This document shows, piece after piece, positions 1 to 13,618 of a stretch of DNA of 64,000 nucleotides. A program made the position numbers and the translations under genes. The DNA is from Stylophora pistillata (lineage: Eukaryota): the NCBI RefSeq assembly GCF_002571385.2, contig NW_019217998.1, forward strand, positions 328,765 through 392,764. Direction: 5' to 3'. The notes under the pieces are model-generated. The model saw only the letters and a program-made list of their open reading frames with translations, was not told where the DNA came from and ran no database searches. Within the stretch, counting starts at the first letter, position 1, and each line of letters begins with the position of its first letter.

Positions 1-2
1 AT

Positions 3-581
3 TTGAACTGGATCGTTCCGGGAAAGTTGTTGGCGTTGAGTGATCCTCAAAGAAGACCTGAACTCAAAGCGAGTCGATTCAGTCGCCTGAGAAAGTATTT
101 CAGGCAGAATGGAGTCAAGGGTGTCGTAAGACTGAACAAGGACGACAACATGATGAAATATGGGCTTATTTACGATGCGCGATGTTTTACCGCCAACGGC
201 TTCTCGCATAGCGATCTTTATTATGAAGATGGTGGAATTCCAACTAAAGCAATCATCAAGAAATTCACACGAGTTGTAGATCAGTGCGATGGAGCCGTCG
301 CTGTTCATTGCCGAGCCGGTTTAGGAAGAACAGGAACTCTAATCGCATGTTATTTGATCAGACAGTTCCGATTTTCAGCTGCCGAGTCCGTAGGTTGGTT
401 ACGCATCTGTAGGCCGGGTAGCGTGTCAACACTCCAACATTGTTTCCTACAACATAAACAAGAGCCCATAATGCGAGGGTACCCCGAAGATATGAAGATT
501 GAGGATCTCACCGAAGCCGTTAAAAAAAGTTTGAATATGTTTTCCTACCAAAATGCGATCATTGAAGAACAGGAGGAGTAA
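3..581 (+). CDS. CDC14: CDC14-like dual-specificity protein phosphatase, catalytic domain (5' part lies outside the window)
   Basis: NWIVPGKLLA, VVRLN, YDA..F, general-acid loop YYEDGGIP, P-loop VHCRAGLGRTGTLIACY and WLRICRPGSV match the CDC14 catalytic domain; stop TAA at 579-581, AT-rich 3'UTR with AATAAA downstream. Confidence 0.88.
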   Translation: MNWIVPGKLLALSDPQRRPELKASRFSRLRKYFRQNGVKGVVRLNKDDNMMKYGLIYDARCFTANGFSHSDLYYEDGGIPTKAIIKKFTRVVDQCDGAVAVHCRAGLGRTGTLIACYLIRQFRFSAAESVGWLRICRPGSVSTLQHCFLQHKQEPIMRGYPEDMKIEDLTEAVKKSLNMFSYQNAIIEEQEE

Positions 582-2682
582 ACATGAATATTCAGGACAC
601 CAATATGTTACTAAGAAAATTCTTTGACGTCTGGTTTGTGGGGCGGCAGTCGACAGCTGGGAGAATATTAATGAGGAACTCCTTTATCAGCCAATCAATT
701 GCCAAGAAAACCAGACATTGTTATTTTGATCTCACCTGAAGATGAAATTTGTCTGGCTTTGATCAATCTTCAGTGCCAACTAATATATTTAAAGCCAACT
801 CCTCTTCTCAATATTATTGTCCCTTTTTTTTTTATTTCTATTTCAATGAAAGATCACATCTGAGATTTTCTTACATTTGGTAGTAGGCAGGCAAGAGGTT
901 TTTTTAAGACATACTAATTTAATTCCATTGCAGCATGCAAAATGTCATATTTTTCTCTTTAACATACCAAACATAATTGAATAATGTACATTGCCATAAT
1001 TTCTTTCAATGTTCTGCTACCTCTAATTTGTTTGCTACTTCTAATGTGTTCACTCCAAAAGTCAGGAAAGGCCTAACAAAGAAATATTAAGGATAAAGCA
1101 ACATATTCTCCAAGGTATCATTGATTGTGGCTTCATTAACAGCAATCAAGCTTAACATGTTCTTAAGACAATTCGTGAAAGCCAATTTAAATCTTATTTT
1201 CAAAATGTGTGTTAACCATATTCAGAAGATCAATGCAAAGGGAGTGGTGAATGAATTTGAAATTTACACTGAATTCTCAATATTTAAAAAAAATAAGAAA
1301 GCTTAAATCCATTCTTGAAACAAATTTTCTTGAAAAGGATTTCAAATTCCTTTTTTTGGAAGTAAAACAAATAGAAATTGGAGTGAAATCATGTCATGAC
1401 AATCAACTTTAAGTTGGAATGATCATGAAAACCACATAATCACACTGGTAACATCTGATGACAATCAAAATGTCTGTGCTACTTCAGATTAATAAACCTG
1501 AGTAGGTATTGTAAATATATACCATATATTTTTGTCTTGCTGGCAAGATAAAAGGGGAAGGGATAATGTTACTTTTGGTTAATGAAGTATTTGTGTTGAA
1601 TGTACATTTGGTGTTCAACCACTGATCAATTGTTTCCCCAAAATATTTTGTAGCATCTGTGGAATTTTCTTGACAGGTAAATATTGCTGTAGGATATATT
1701 TGACATTATTTAGATATTTAAAATTAAAGATGTCTCAGTTATAAATTTAAGAGTTATATTTTCAACTCAGTTGTAAAGGTGTAATTAACAGAGTCATTCA
1801 GAGCAATGTGTAAATGTTGTTGCTCAATATTGTATAACTAGGAAATTACTCGGTGAAACCTTTGGTCAAACTTAAGTGTAAATAAATTCTGTAAAGTATA
1901 GGCTTTCTGTTCAGGGCTGCTGTGCCCTTTTGATCATGAAATATGACAACATATGCTGATTGTCTGGATGTTAAAGGATGTTATGTAAATTATTGAATTA
2001 AATTCATTGTGTTCAAAGTTATTTTATGTTGGTTCATTGAGGCTGGTATTATTAATTAGTGACCAAGAAATGATTATTGGGTCTTCTACAACAAGTTAAG
2101 TATAATGTACAAGAGGACTATTGCTGGACTGGACCAAGTTCTTGTGAGAATAAGTTTGTTCTTTTGAAATTTGAGATGGTTGAATTCACTCGAGTTCTCA
2201 CAGAATAACAATAAAGGCTTTTACAGTGCCCCCTTGTGATTGTTAAGTCTAGCTCTCAAATATAATCAAAGGGCATAATCAAATATTAAGCAATATTTTT
2301 TGTCCTGACGTTATGTTTCTCGAACTAGTGTAGAAAAGGATATTCATAGTTATCAAAAAGTTCAATTCAATTTGCCGAATCACGATGAACACGCGTTGTG
2401 GCTAATTTGAATCCTAGAAGAGCGTGGGTGGATGAGTGCGGCAGGGAGCCAATAAAAAAAAAGACAAAGTGTCATTACAAACGCTGGCTGGGTACCACGA
2501 TTTTGCTTTAGAATAATTCCATTTTTAGACGATGTTCAGTTTGCTAAGCATTTACTTAAGTGAAACGTGAGACAATCCATATTTTTGCTTGGGTGGTTCT
2601 TAGCAAGTAGTTCACTTGGCATTATTATATTGGCGCTGACGGACGAATAAGGCGAGAAAAATGCCAGATGGGGCTGTATTTG

Positions 2683-2696
2683 GTTTCCTTGACAAC
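2683..2696. promoter_or_regulatory. Candidate RFX X-box
   Basis: GTTTCCTTGACAAC resembles the palindromic X-box consensus (GTTNCC-NN-GGNAAC-like); target gene unclear. Confidence 0.3.
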
Positions 2697-5330
2697 AACG
2701 CGCAATCGCGCTGATCTGAATAATTTGTCTTTACCCTTGAACACGGCTAGTACAAGTTACAAATCAAAGTAGGAATGGAGAATGTCGGTAACGAAACCTA
2801 GAAATTGGAAAATGATTTCAAGTCCTCTTTACGCGAATGCGTGCCATACTGTTTGTTTCGTTTTTAGCTAAATATATTCTAATTTACTTTCGTTTCGGCG
2901 ACTAGTGTTAAGCAGGTCTCGTTGCTTTGACCTGCCAAAATATCACTTACACTCTATTCAATTGTAGTCGGATGTTCTTCAAATATTCGCTCTTTGGGCC
3001 ATGATAGATTCATAGGAAAGGAAATGGCACTGTTTTGATAGAGTTGAGTCGATTCGTTATTGTAATTGGGAGTAAAATCTTTCTTGGCCTGGTCAATTTC
3101 ACACGAATTAAGAAATTGATAATTATAAACTTAAAAAAAATTGAGCTATTTAAAAAAAATTTGAGAGCCGGCTGCGTGGCTTAATTGTCTCAATTTCTCC
3201 AAATTTTCAACTAATTTTATTTGTAATTTCGACCGTGAATATTCTTGTCAATTTGTGTTTCGGGAGGGAACAGATATGCAGACCTCAAACTACTTCTGTT
3301 GTTTCGAAACTAGAATCAACTCTTAAAATACGAGAAACAAAACTCACATCCGAAGATTCGAAACGAAAATAGTGTTGCTACGGTATCAGAACTGAATAGC
3401 ATTAATTTTTTTTTCTCCTTAAAACTTCCTGTTTTCAAGAGACAGCGGGCAGCAGCTTGTTATCTTCTATTGAGTGCTCTTTTGGTGTAATTAGTTTCGC
3501 GCAAAGGAACAACAGCCTATCGTGTTGATTGGCGCAATGTAATAAAAGAATACCGCTTGTAAAAAGCGTGGAAAAGAGGATTAACTTGAGGTCATGCCTG
3601 AAATCCTCTTATGGAAACATTCAGCACGAAACTGGAACCTGTTCAAGCACACCTCGATAAGACAAGAGCGGAAGTCCAATTTAAAGATAGTTTCGAATTG
3701 GACCCTGCCAAAGTTGATTAGAGAACGCGAAAAGGAAACCCTTACCTGAGAGTGTGAAAAAAAAAAAAGCAAAAAAGAAAAACAGGAGTTCATCTTCCCG
3801 TTGTCAATTCGTAGGTGGACTCAATAATTAGAATAATTTCTCCATATTTTCCCATAAAACCACGTGGATAAAAGAAGTCTTACTGCTGGTCGGGTTTCTT
3901 TCCTTTTTCTACTCTCTTTTTTAACGGGTGAAAGAGAAAGAAAATTTTTCGCTTCCAGGAAGTCGGAACTTACCGCTCCCGTACCGTGGTTTGACTAATT
4001 GACTAATAAGTAACTATAATTCAAAATAATTTGTACCGGATAGGTGTACCGATTAAACATTTGCCCCGTGCCGGGTAGCAATAACAAATTCATAAGGTTC
4101 GTGTCCACACATATATCATACGTAGGCTACTGCATTGAAGTAATTCCAATCCCCCACCCCCGACACACACAGATTGAGATAGAGACATGCATCCATTCGC
4201 GTGACTGAAAAAACTGTTTCGGTGTCAGCAGCAGACGATGAAAAGGGGCCACTGCGGACTCATTGACACATATGATGGCCATGCAGAGGGAGGGGCGAGC
4301 GGAGAGGGTTTGATGATCGATGAATTATAAATAAGCAAGAGTTGCATCAACGTAGATATTGATCCGTCCAGAACAATATCCTGCTCAGCTAGAGGCCTTA
4401 TTGATGTCTATGCGCGGTCTATCATCAACTACTCAGAGAGCGACGGAAATGCTGAAAACAAGCGGCGATCGGCAAGGCGTTGTGCTGGCGTTTCGCAAAT
4501 TTGGAGACAATCCCAAGGAAGCAAACCTTGGGTACTAGATCACAACGTACCACTGAAACCAAGCATTATCGAGATAGGGAACAGGAGGGTGGCCATAATG
4601 GCAAGCGACACTTGCTGTAAACAGATCTTATAGCTCGATTTTTTACAAGAAGTCGCAGTCATGCCCAAGTCATGTCGGTTTCTGTGTCAGTCTTGAGGAA
4701 TTTGAACTCTTTTCTTATGAAAACAGTTCCTTTTTTAATGAATTTACCTAGCTTCCCAAAACTTCCCGATGTAAAATCGGTTATTTATGAAGCAATAGTG
4801 AGAGATATCTTAACACTTTTTTTGAGACATAAGGCAAAATATTTGTTACACCGACAATCTTTTTTGTCATTTCCGAGATGTTTGGGTCAATATCTCTCTG
4901 GAAATAAAAATTGCACCAATTTTGCACGATATTGGTGAAAATGACCAGTATCACTGTTAGGGAATTTTGAAACTGATATTTCCATTTATTGATGGATAAT
5001 AAACTCTTCCGGTTTCAATACTCTTGCATGTACAAATGTATATAATATAATTCTTCGCATCTAACATAAAATATTTAAAGTGAGTGTTTCCCGTTTCCAC
5101 GTGGTCTATGGAGTAATTATCTGACACACTCAGGTTCACAAGGGCTGCCTAAGCTACCTACACTACATCAATATTCAACTGACAGTACGGTGTAGATTTA
5201 AAAAAAAACATACTTAAAAAGAATCTTTAATTAGTAACCGCAGACTCCCACAGCTGAATAGACGAGTAAGCAACTGTTTAATAGAAGCCGTTTGATTTCT
5301 GCTGAGGAAGAGGGGTTTACACTAATTATT

Positions 5331-5698
5331 AGGGAGCTTTAGCAACGACGACGGCGACGGCAACGAAAACGTCGTGTCGAAATCTAACTTTTCGTTTTTG
5401 TAACTCTTTCGAGGTTATTCCGATGTGTTTCGCTTGGAAAATGCTGGCGAACTATTCAGGGACTATATCACTACGAACGGCGTTAAAGTAAGGAGAAAGA
5501 AAGAAAAATTAACCGTCATGCGCTCACGTTCTCGAGAAAACCTAAAGTTTGGTTATTTCACGTTGTTGTTTTGCCGAGAACGGCAAAGAAATGTACCAAA
5601 ATGTTAAACGCACGTGCAGGGCGATTGTTTTTGCTCATTAAGCCTATTGTTTTCTGCCGTTCTCGTTGCCGTCGCCGTCGTCGTTGCTAAAGCTCCCT
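5331..5698. mobile_element. MITE with trinucleotide-containing TIRs (coral CMITE-like)
   Basis: 41-bp TIRs AGGGAGCTTTAGCAACGACGACGGCGACGGCAACGA(A/G)AACG with 1 mismatch; flanked by direct repeat AATTATT (5324-5330 and 5699-5705); no coding capacity. Confidence 0.85.
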
Positions 5699-6312
5699 AA
5701 TTATTTACACCAAGACAACCTCAGTAATCTGGCTATGTCGGTATGTGACATTATAGTACACCATAATTTAAAGAAAGGCGAAATAGCCGTACCAGCAAAC
5801 TTATAGAGTCCTAGAAATAACTATGTCATGCTATGATTGAAAATTTTCTCAAAAGTGAATGAAAAAGGATGAGAAAAAGTTTTTGATCTGTCCATCACGA
5901 TGTTTAAAATATTGATTGTCTATTCATTTGTGCTGAAAATGATTTTTGATATTTTCAGTTAGTACAGCCAGTTGGTTCTGGTGTCGGTTTGCGAATGGGA
6001 ACTGTTCCTTTTACTTCCATGAACGAATCAAATTGTCTGGTTACGCTGAATGCCTTTGACTGAAATTTCTGCGATAGATTCTCTATGTAAATTATCATAT
6101 GTGGCTTTTGGAAAAGTTTTGTACATAATATACAAACTTACATACGCGCTGTTCCTTGAATGTCTCAAGTGAACTGAGGCAGTCATCTATCTTAGCTCAT
6201 CACGCAACGTTTCCAGTTGTCACGCAATCGCACGACTCCTCTCGGACCCGTTGCGTGACGACCTTCAGACTGACTGCTTGGGAGACTACTAAACTTTCAT
6301 GTTAGTAAAAGT

Positions 6313-7383
6313 TTATCCTGTTTCACACGGTAACATTTTCCAGATGAGCATTTGGCTTGTCAATCTTCTGTTGATCTCAGCTAATGCTAGCGAGAGCTTC
6401 AAACGTCTTTCAGGCGAAGACAACACTCGCACGATGCGATCGATCTTTTTTACTTTTGCCTTGGTCCGGTTTTCTTTAAATAGTGTGGGATGTCCCTTTC
6501 GTTTCATGGCGGGTTTTTCCGGCACGATCTTTGATTTTTCCTGCACAACTTTGGAACTTTTGAGGTTCTGATACAGAGCAGGTTTGCGCACCTGTAGAAG
6601 GTGATAGACACGTTCAAGAATTCTGGAGAGTACTTTCAACATCAATTATTCGTTTTTTAATAGCAAGATTTCCAAATTTCCTAATCTTTTGTATAGGCAC
6701 TTTAATTGAACAGCCGGATGGCTTATACAATACTCAAGCAACATGTATGATTTATAAGGAAAATTAGGCCAATTTTTTTCTCAGCCAATTAAGCGCGGCG
6801 TCTCCGTAAAGCTGGTGGTTTTCACCAGCCTCAAGTGGACCATGACCACTTGAAGTCACGTTAGTTTCATGGCCACTGGGAGTAAAAAGTTCCTAATGTT
6901 TTACAAAAGTCGTTAATCTGGACAAATTGTTCACAATTACTTTCAATTATAGGAATATCTGATCTAGCAAGCAGTTAGATAACCGGTCAAGTTGTTTGGA
7001 GTTTCCGAAATTGGCAAAAGTTCTTCCACTCGCGTCGTTCTTTGGCCCAATCAGCAAAGTGTTGTTTTAAGGAGACCAGTGGTGCATTCAAAGGACAATA
7101 CAATATATTTCCTTTTTCAGCATTATAGACAATTTTCGTTCTTTAAAATTAGCCTGAGTTTGAAGAGACCGTGAACTATTAGTTGGGCAAGAACTAATAG
7201 TCCACGGATTGACTGAGCAATCGCAAGGATTGACTGAGACGCTGACGTACGTCACAAATAAACTTGAAAATTATAGGCTGATCCATAATTAACACTAAGA
7301 TCTTTTCCATGCAAGAAAAAAATTAAATGCCCAATACAATTTTCTTACCTTCCTAGGAAGAGGATCGCTAACCCCGCTGCCAT
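6313..7383 (-). CDS. Candidate two-exon microgene (small basic protein)
   Basis: Exon 7383-7349 begins AAAATGGCAG and ends AG|GTAAG; acceptor CCTTCTACAG| at 6592; ORF 6507-6313 (64 aa, K/R-rich) in the second exon; X-box upstream. Confidence 0.3.
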
Positions 7384-7438
7384 TTTGCTGTCCTTCCCTA
7401 CGAGTACTGAATGAATGTCTCCTTGTTGTTCCCAAACG

Positions 7439-7452
7439 GTAACCTAGGCAAC
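7439..7452. promoter_or_regulatory. RFX X-box
   Basis: GTAACCTAGGCAAC (reverse complement GTTGCCTAGGTTAC), near-canonical X-box ~55 bp upstream of a minus-strand ATG and donor site. Confidence 0.5.
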
Positions 7453-10400
7453 GATATAAAATGTTCATTTCTGCCTCCTCGATGAAAAGTTAAAAAAAGG
7501 AATTAATGATGTCGTCTTTGGCTCTCAAAAGTCGTTCAATTTTTATGCTTCGACAATGAACTTTTTTATTTGAAGATGACAGTTTTGGGGGCTATTTTTT
7601 GTTCTCTCGTAATTCTAAGGCTTACCGCAAATATCAGGGAAATAAATGTAAGAGATCACAATGCACAACAGTGCATTGCATGAAATGCACCTATTCCTGG
7701 GTTATTCCTTCTTACCCAGGGTTCCCTTAGAAACGCCATTTTCCCTCCCTCGGCAAGTGTCCAATCACCTCTCAATTTTTATCTGCCACTACAATTTTCT
7801 CAAGATTCCTTTCACAAGTCCCGGAACGAGAAAGACGTTTTTAAGAAATCTGGGTGATACATTTATCACAAATCCTTGCCTGTCCTACCTGAAAATCGTT
7901 TCCCACCAATCCTGCGGGTCTCCGGTGAGAACACGTGACCGCAAGAGCAGGTACGGCTGGAGGCAGCAACCTAGATGATAAGCGATACATATGCATGTGA
8001 GTTAAAATAATAAGTAAATAAATTGATTAAAAAAAAGAAGGATTCAAATCAAGATTTCTACTTCGCTGTAATCTTTAAGCCAAGGACAAGAAGAGCTTTT
8101 GTAAAAGGATTTCCTAAGAAAACTCAAGAATGCATTTAACATTAAGAATTGAGCCTTTATATGCTCAAATCCTCAAGTTCTTTATATGCTCAAATGCTCA
8201 AGATTGTCACGAAACGGTCATGTTGTTTTGCAATAAAGCTTTGATGCTAAATGGAGTTTGCGTCACATCTTTGTCAGGTTTCGTTCATAATTTTGTTAAT
8301 TTTGTTTATAACCACATACTCTGCGGGCAGATAAAAGGTGTACAAAGTCAGTGGTCTTTCTAATGTTTATTGGTTAGATTATAACGAACGAATATTTTCC
8401 GTGAAAATGGAAGAGCGACCTTGCGAACTCATCAAGTTGAAAACTGTAGTAAGATTTCAACAGCAACTCGCTTTAAATTGAATCAGATACGTGAGTAAGC
8501 TGAGCGCATTTGATCGCTCTCATAATGCTCTTCAAGGAAGTATTTTGTTCGTTGAAATATCGACAAATGATCGACATAGAGACAAACGCGATCGAATTCG
8601 AATTTTCCAGGTAGTACCAATTTGATTCTTTGTTTTCGCCTCATGGATGATGTACGATCAATCATACCAGTGAGAATTTTTAAGCACCACATACTTAAGC
8701 TTGCCGTAATAGAGTTTTTTCCCTAAACTAACACGAGAGGTATATAAGCAAATGTCACAATCCCGGTAAACGACATTCTGCATTCAGTTAAGGGAAAATA
8801 TTTTACATATACTGCAAATAAGGGATTTATCTTACTTTTCGATGATTTGAGGAAAAGAAAAAATGAACGATTGACTCGGAATTATTTTAGACGTACTTCG
8901 TTCCTGTAAACGCCATACTAGACTCGCTATAATTGAGGTTTTATCCTGAACTTATTTTTTGACTTGTTCTGTGCTTTACTGATGGTTCTAAGTTCTAGGG
9001 GTGGGTAAAAATGGTTCGAGTTTTCTGTGATCTGCGCCGGTTGCACTGGAGGAAAAGATTCGTGATATAGAGTTCTGTCGGTTGTAAGGATCTGTATTTC
9101 TGTTTAGCCAAGTGCACTCTCTCTCCTTCCGCTCTGATTTCTGGTTCCATGAAAGACTGAAGTTGTAAGCAACCGGCACAGTAGCAGTCAGGGTGTATAC
9201 GTTTGAGTTAGCGTGTGCAAAATTTTTACAGTGAAATAATACCATAAGGTGTCTTTTGTCACTATATCAAACGTAAACATAGTCCCCTTTTCAACTGTTT
9301 CAAAATGCAACAGAATACATTCTTCAAAGACTGCAACGAACGTCACATAAGCACACCGAACAAGGTAATTGTTGATGTTTTGGCAGCAGGAACGAAGATC
9401 GCATACAACTGATCATGGATTCAGCGAAGCAAAACTCCATTAAACGAAGAGAAACCGAATTAACCTCTGCGATGGTAATCTTTTTAACTGTTTCGCACTG
9501 TACTCAAATTCAGTAACAGGCTTGACATAAAACACTTCGTCACGATGAGGCACAACTGCCGAAAGACTCACTACTGCGCGATCGATGATTTACAAGCACT
9601 AAGAATCCTAGCTAACCTTAGAATGTTTTCCTTTAGATAAAAGTATAGGGTTACTTCAACATACTGACCAACCTTTGAGCTGCAGGCTATGCAGAGCTTC
9701 AGCATTGTCCTCGCACTATGTCCGCAAAACAAGACAAAACTTGTTTGGTAGGAGACGAGCGACGAACGATTTCTTCGTAGCCTACGTCAACAGCGCTCGA
9801 AAACAGCTCGATCAGAGTTCGTTGGGATTTGAGCGCCTTTTTGGCGTTATTCCAGAAATTGTTATGAATTAGCATAACAATGTGGTTTATTGTGACGAAC
9901 GGCTGCAGTGAATTCGGAAAATATGCTAATTATGTCGTCTTGTTTTCGATTTTTTTCCCCTCTGAACAATCGCTGAATATCAATGATTTTGCGACCAAAA
10001 TGTCAACTGTCGTTTTACAAGATGTTATAATTTTATCTGAAATATTCACAGAAAGTTCCCTATAATCTTGTTTTGAACACATGTCTAAGTAACCAAGTAA
10101 TCGGCCTTATGCGAAAAACCACTGCGTCACACAAACTGTAAATATGTTTACATCCTGCAGCGACTCATACGCCCACTCTTCGTTTTGTTCGTAAATCTTT
10201 TAGATCCTATGCAGTGTGGTAAAACTCCCGGGGCAAGCTAGTTTTTAGCTGTTATCAGACTTGTGTAGAATCAAGTGAACGAAAGACAACTCGGGTACTA
10301 TCTCAAAGGTTCAAAGGACTTTTTTTTTTTTTATTGCTACTGAGATGACGGGATGCGGTGAATGAACCCGGCGAGGACACTTTGGAGAAGCGAGAAATGC

Positions 10401-13400
10401 ACGATTTCTCTCGCGCGAGAGACGCACAACGCGCGTATTCGAGTCACTGATCGTCTTCCAGAGCCCCTTATAGAGTCACCTATGTGTTAGAAACTATCTT
10501 TAAGGTCTTTAAGGCGCAGGCAAGAGCTGTGGAAGCGTTCTCAGAACTAACAGCAATGATCAGACAATAAAGCGAAGTGAATGAGAGAATGAGCTAATGA
10601 TGGTACGCGATAACCAAATGATAAATTCAAAAAGTGCGCCTGGAATAGAATCAAGTTTCTAAATATTCACAGCGGAGAGGCCAGAAGCAGCAAGGCCAAC
10701 CGCTTGATATTTGGCAAGTGTTTTGGTAGTTTTGGATCGAGTGTTTACAAGACAACCAATCCAGCGTGACGCGTGCGCGTTCAGTTATTGAGCGTTCGGT
10801 TGGCAGTGTTGAGTTTAGAGAATCGCGTTTTGAGGATTTTTGAGCGCAAGTCTAATTGTGTTATAGTTTCGGTGGTGCTTTGTCCATTTATCCATCGGAA
10901 GCTTCTGTTTATGATACAACAGCTTTGTTGTTATTCGCACAAACAGCTTTCAAAGGTGGACCTTACTTATCATGAGTCTCAATTGCAACCACTGTCTTGC
11001 ATAAGGGGGGAATCGAAATTGAGTTTGTTTGCGCTGGCCTGATCTTTGGTTCCCAAATTCAAGGTAACCGGTCTCTCTTCGTAGTGAACGAGATGATCAC
11101 GAAGACTGCCGTCATTGAGAAGTTTCTCTCCGGTCTCTTCATGAGAATGAAGAAAAGAGGAGTTTTTATCTCGTCAACTGAGGGCAATGTAAAGAATTAG
11201 TTGATCAAAGTGCTGTTGATCAGGTAACCAAAGCTAACACGAGTCTCGCATTACGAGTGCGTCATCATCCAGGGCTCTAAATTTATGGGATCGAGTGAAA
11301 GGAAAGAGAAGAGGAGAAAGAAGAGGGCCCTGGTTCTAGTCACTTAGAACCTTGTTTGAGTTAGAGCAGTTTATAATTTGATTCTAGTATTCATTCCATA
11401 TACTTATATCAACAACTAGTCTCTTAATATACCCTAATTTATTATTACCTAACACTTGTATCCTGGACCTCTCTATTTACTTAAATGGGACAGTGACGAA
11501 CATGAAAGCTACGGCTACTTTGGTCGCTGTGCACACATATACAAACCTGCATGATATCTACTTCTCATGATCTTCTTCACCTAGTTAAAGAGTCATCTTA
11601 TACTGTATTCATTTGAATAGTGCGAAATAAACTTGGAAACTTGGAAAAGCCTCTCTTCTCTGTGCAAGTGAGATTCAGCTGTTTCTTTTGAGGAATATTC
11701 TCTTTCCTCTTTTCTTTGATCGCGAGTGTCTGATTAGCTCATCAAATACAAGCATGTGTCATAGCCTCGTTGAAAAGGGTACGCATGTACAGAAGAGGCC
11801 CTGCGTGAAGAAGATGTTACTTAAGCTCTCTGAAACTTGCTCTGCACCATTCCTCGGTGCCGTGACAATTCTCAGGCGTTCTACCCGACATGAAATGGTA
11901 TCATAGGGCCTTTGTTCAATGTACATTCCATGCCTAACATATAGACTCTAGACTGCATGATGTGGAGCTTGGATTCCACTTTCTTATTTTCCTTTGCGGT
12001 TTCCCAAGAACCCCCACTGATACATGCAAGCCCGCGGAGTATGTTTCTGTTGTTTCTTTTACTTCAATCGATTATCACTGTAAAATAAGCATCCCCATGT
12101 GATGTAATATGTCACTGTTTCTTTTCTCGCGCCTTTAAGAGCTAAAATCAAAACTGATGAATACCTGAAGCCAAAAATTTTGGATCTAGCTCAGTGTTAA
12201 AATATTATCATTTTGAAGCAACTGAGAAACAACAACAAAAAAAAACCGCAGGATTTAAACTCTAAGGGTTCCAGGTTCGAACACGGCCCTCACACTTTCA
12301 TTCGGCTTGTTTTGTTTTTTCGTTAAAATTCTCCGGACTAAACCTTACAAATAAATAATCCATTTGCCTCTCATCAATTGAGATTATCACTCTGCTTGTC
12401 TACATAGTCACCAGTTGATCACTTGTTTATATTCATGAACTTTCCCTCCAGTGCATGTGTCAACTTCATCTACACCTAATTTAAGCAATTTTTCCCTAGT
12501 CTGTAAGAATTCCATACAGGATGTCATATTGATAGACTGATCTCATTTTTAACTCTCCTGTGTGACCTAAAGATTTTTCAGATTTTCGGCTTCAACCTCT
12601 GCTTTTTAACACACCGACTACCACTTTCCCATTACTCGATCAGTTGCGAAAGACACAGTCATTGCGGCTAAAAAGTAACATCTTTGTCCTTCAAGGCTGA
12701 CCCAACTCTCAGTCGTTTCTCCTTTGGTCAGCGATGCCGGATTACTTGACACAACCTCAATTTTAAATTCTGCATGGATTGCCCAGTGGAATGGGTCATG
12801 CATTAAATATCAAAATAATTAAAAAGGAAATTTATTTAAGCACCTAGATAAAGATATGTTTGAAAATATCTAAGCAAACAATGTTCTACACTATAAAAAC
12901 AAATTGCGGCTGTTATTTCTGCTATGATGTGACGTGAGCTGACTCAATTTTTGTCCGAGTATTTCATTGTGTTGATGTGTTTTATCCATATGAAACAACG
13001 CTTCGTAACTTCGCCTTATTCATCCAGGAGACGTATCGTGTGTTACTAGCTAGTGAGTGATAATTTGGAAGGAATTTTCAAATTAATCAGTGTAATAATA
13101 AAGAATTGTGGCATATGTTGACAAACAGCTGAAGTATGCAGACGATTGTTTACAGTTATGATATATGGAAAAATGTGGTCTCGTTCTCAAAATTGTTTTG
13201 TTGAAACTGCTCATGAAATACCTGGGGAGCACTAAACTTTTTAAAAGAAATTAATTTTTTCACTTGCGCTAAAAACGATAGAAAGATAGCTTTAAGTATA
13301 ATTTGTAAACACGACTTTCTAATATAATTTCCAAACATATGTGCAGAGGCACAAAACGACACCAAAATTGCCAAAATGACCTCGCAAAATATTTCAATTA

Positions 13401-13473
13401 GACGTTAAATATAAGCACCTTTTGTCTGGTGTCAAACGCACAATAACCAACAATTACGCGTAAGTCAATTAGT

Positions 13474-13585
13474 ATAGGTAATCGCATGGGGCCGAGTAAA
13501 ATTAAGGATTAATATCACGCGTGTTTGCGGAAGTTGCTGAAATTGCCCGAGTCCCGCAGCGACGAGGGCAATTTCTGCAACTTCC

Positions 13586-13618
<33 letters not shown>

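Noticed and set aside
3581-4630. Acceptor-like site at ~3746 (minus) and a GC-richer open stretch at 4230-4630
   Set aside because: Could not assemble a consistent gene or recognise any motif.
5425-5607. 60-aa ORF
   Set aside because: Lies wholly inside the MITE and has no transposase similarity.
9300-11300. Possible decayed transposon sequence (CRLC...NLF peptide at 9675; GC-richer blocks)
   Set aside because: No termini or catalytic motifs identifiable by eye.
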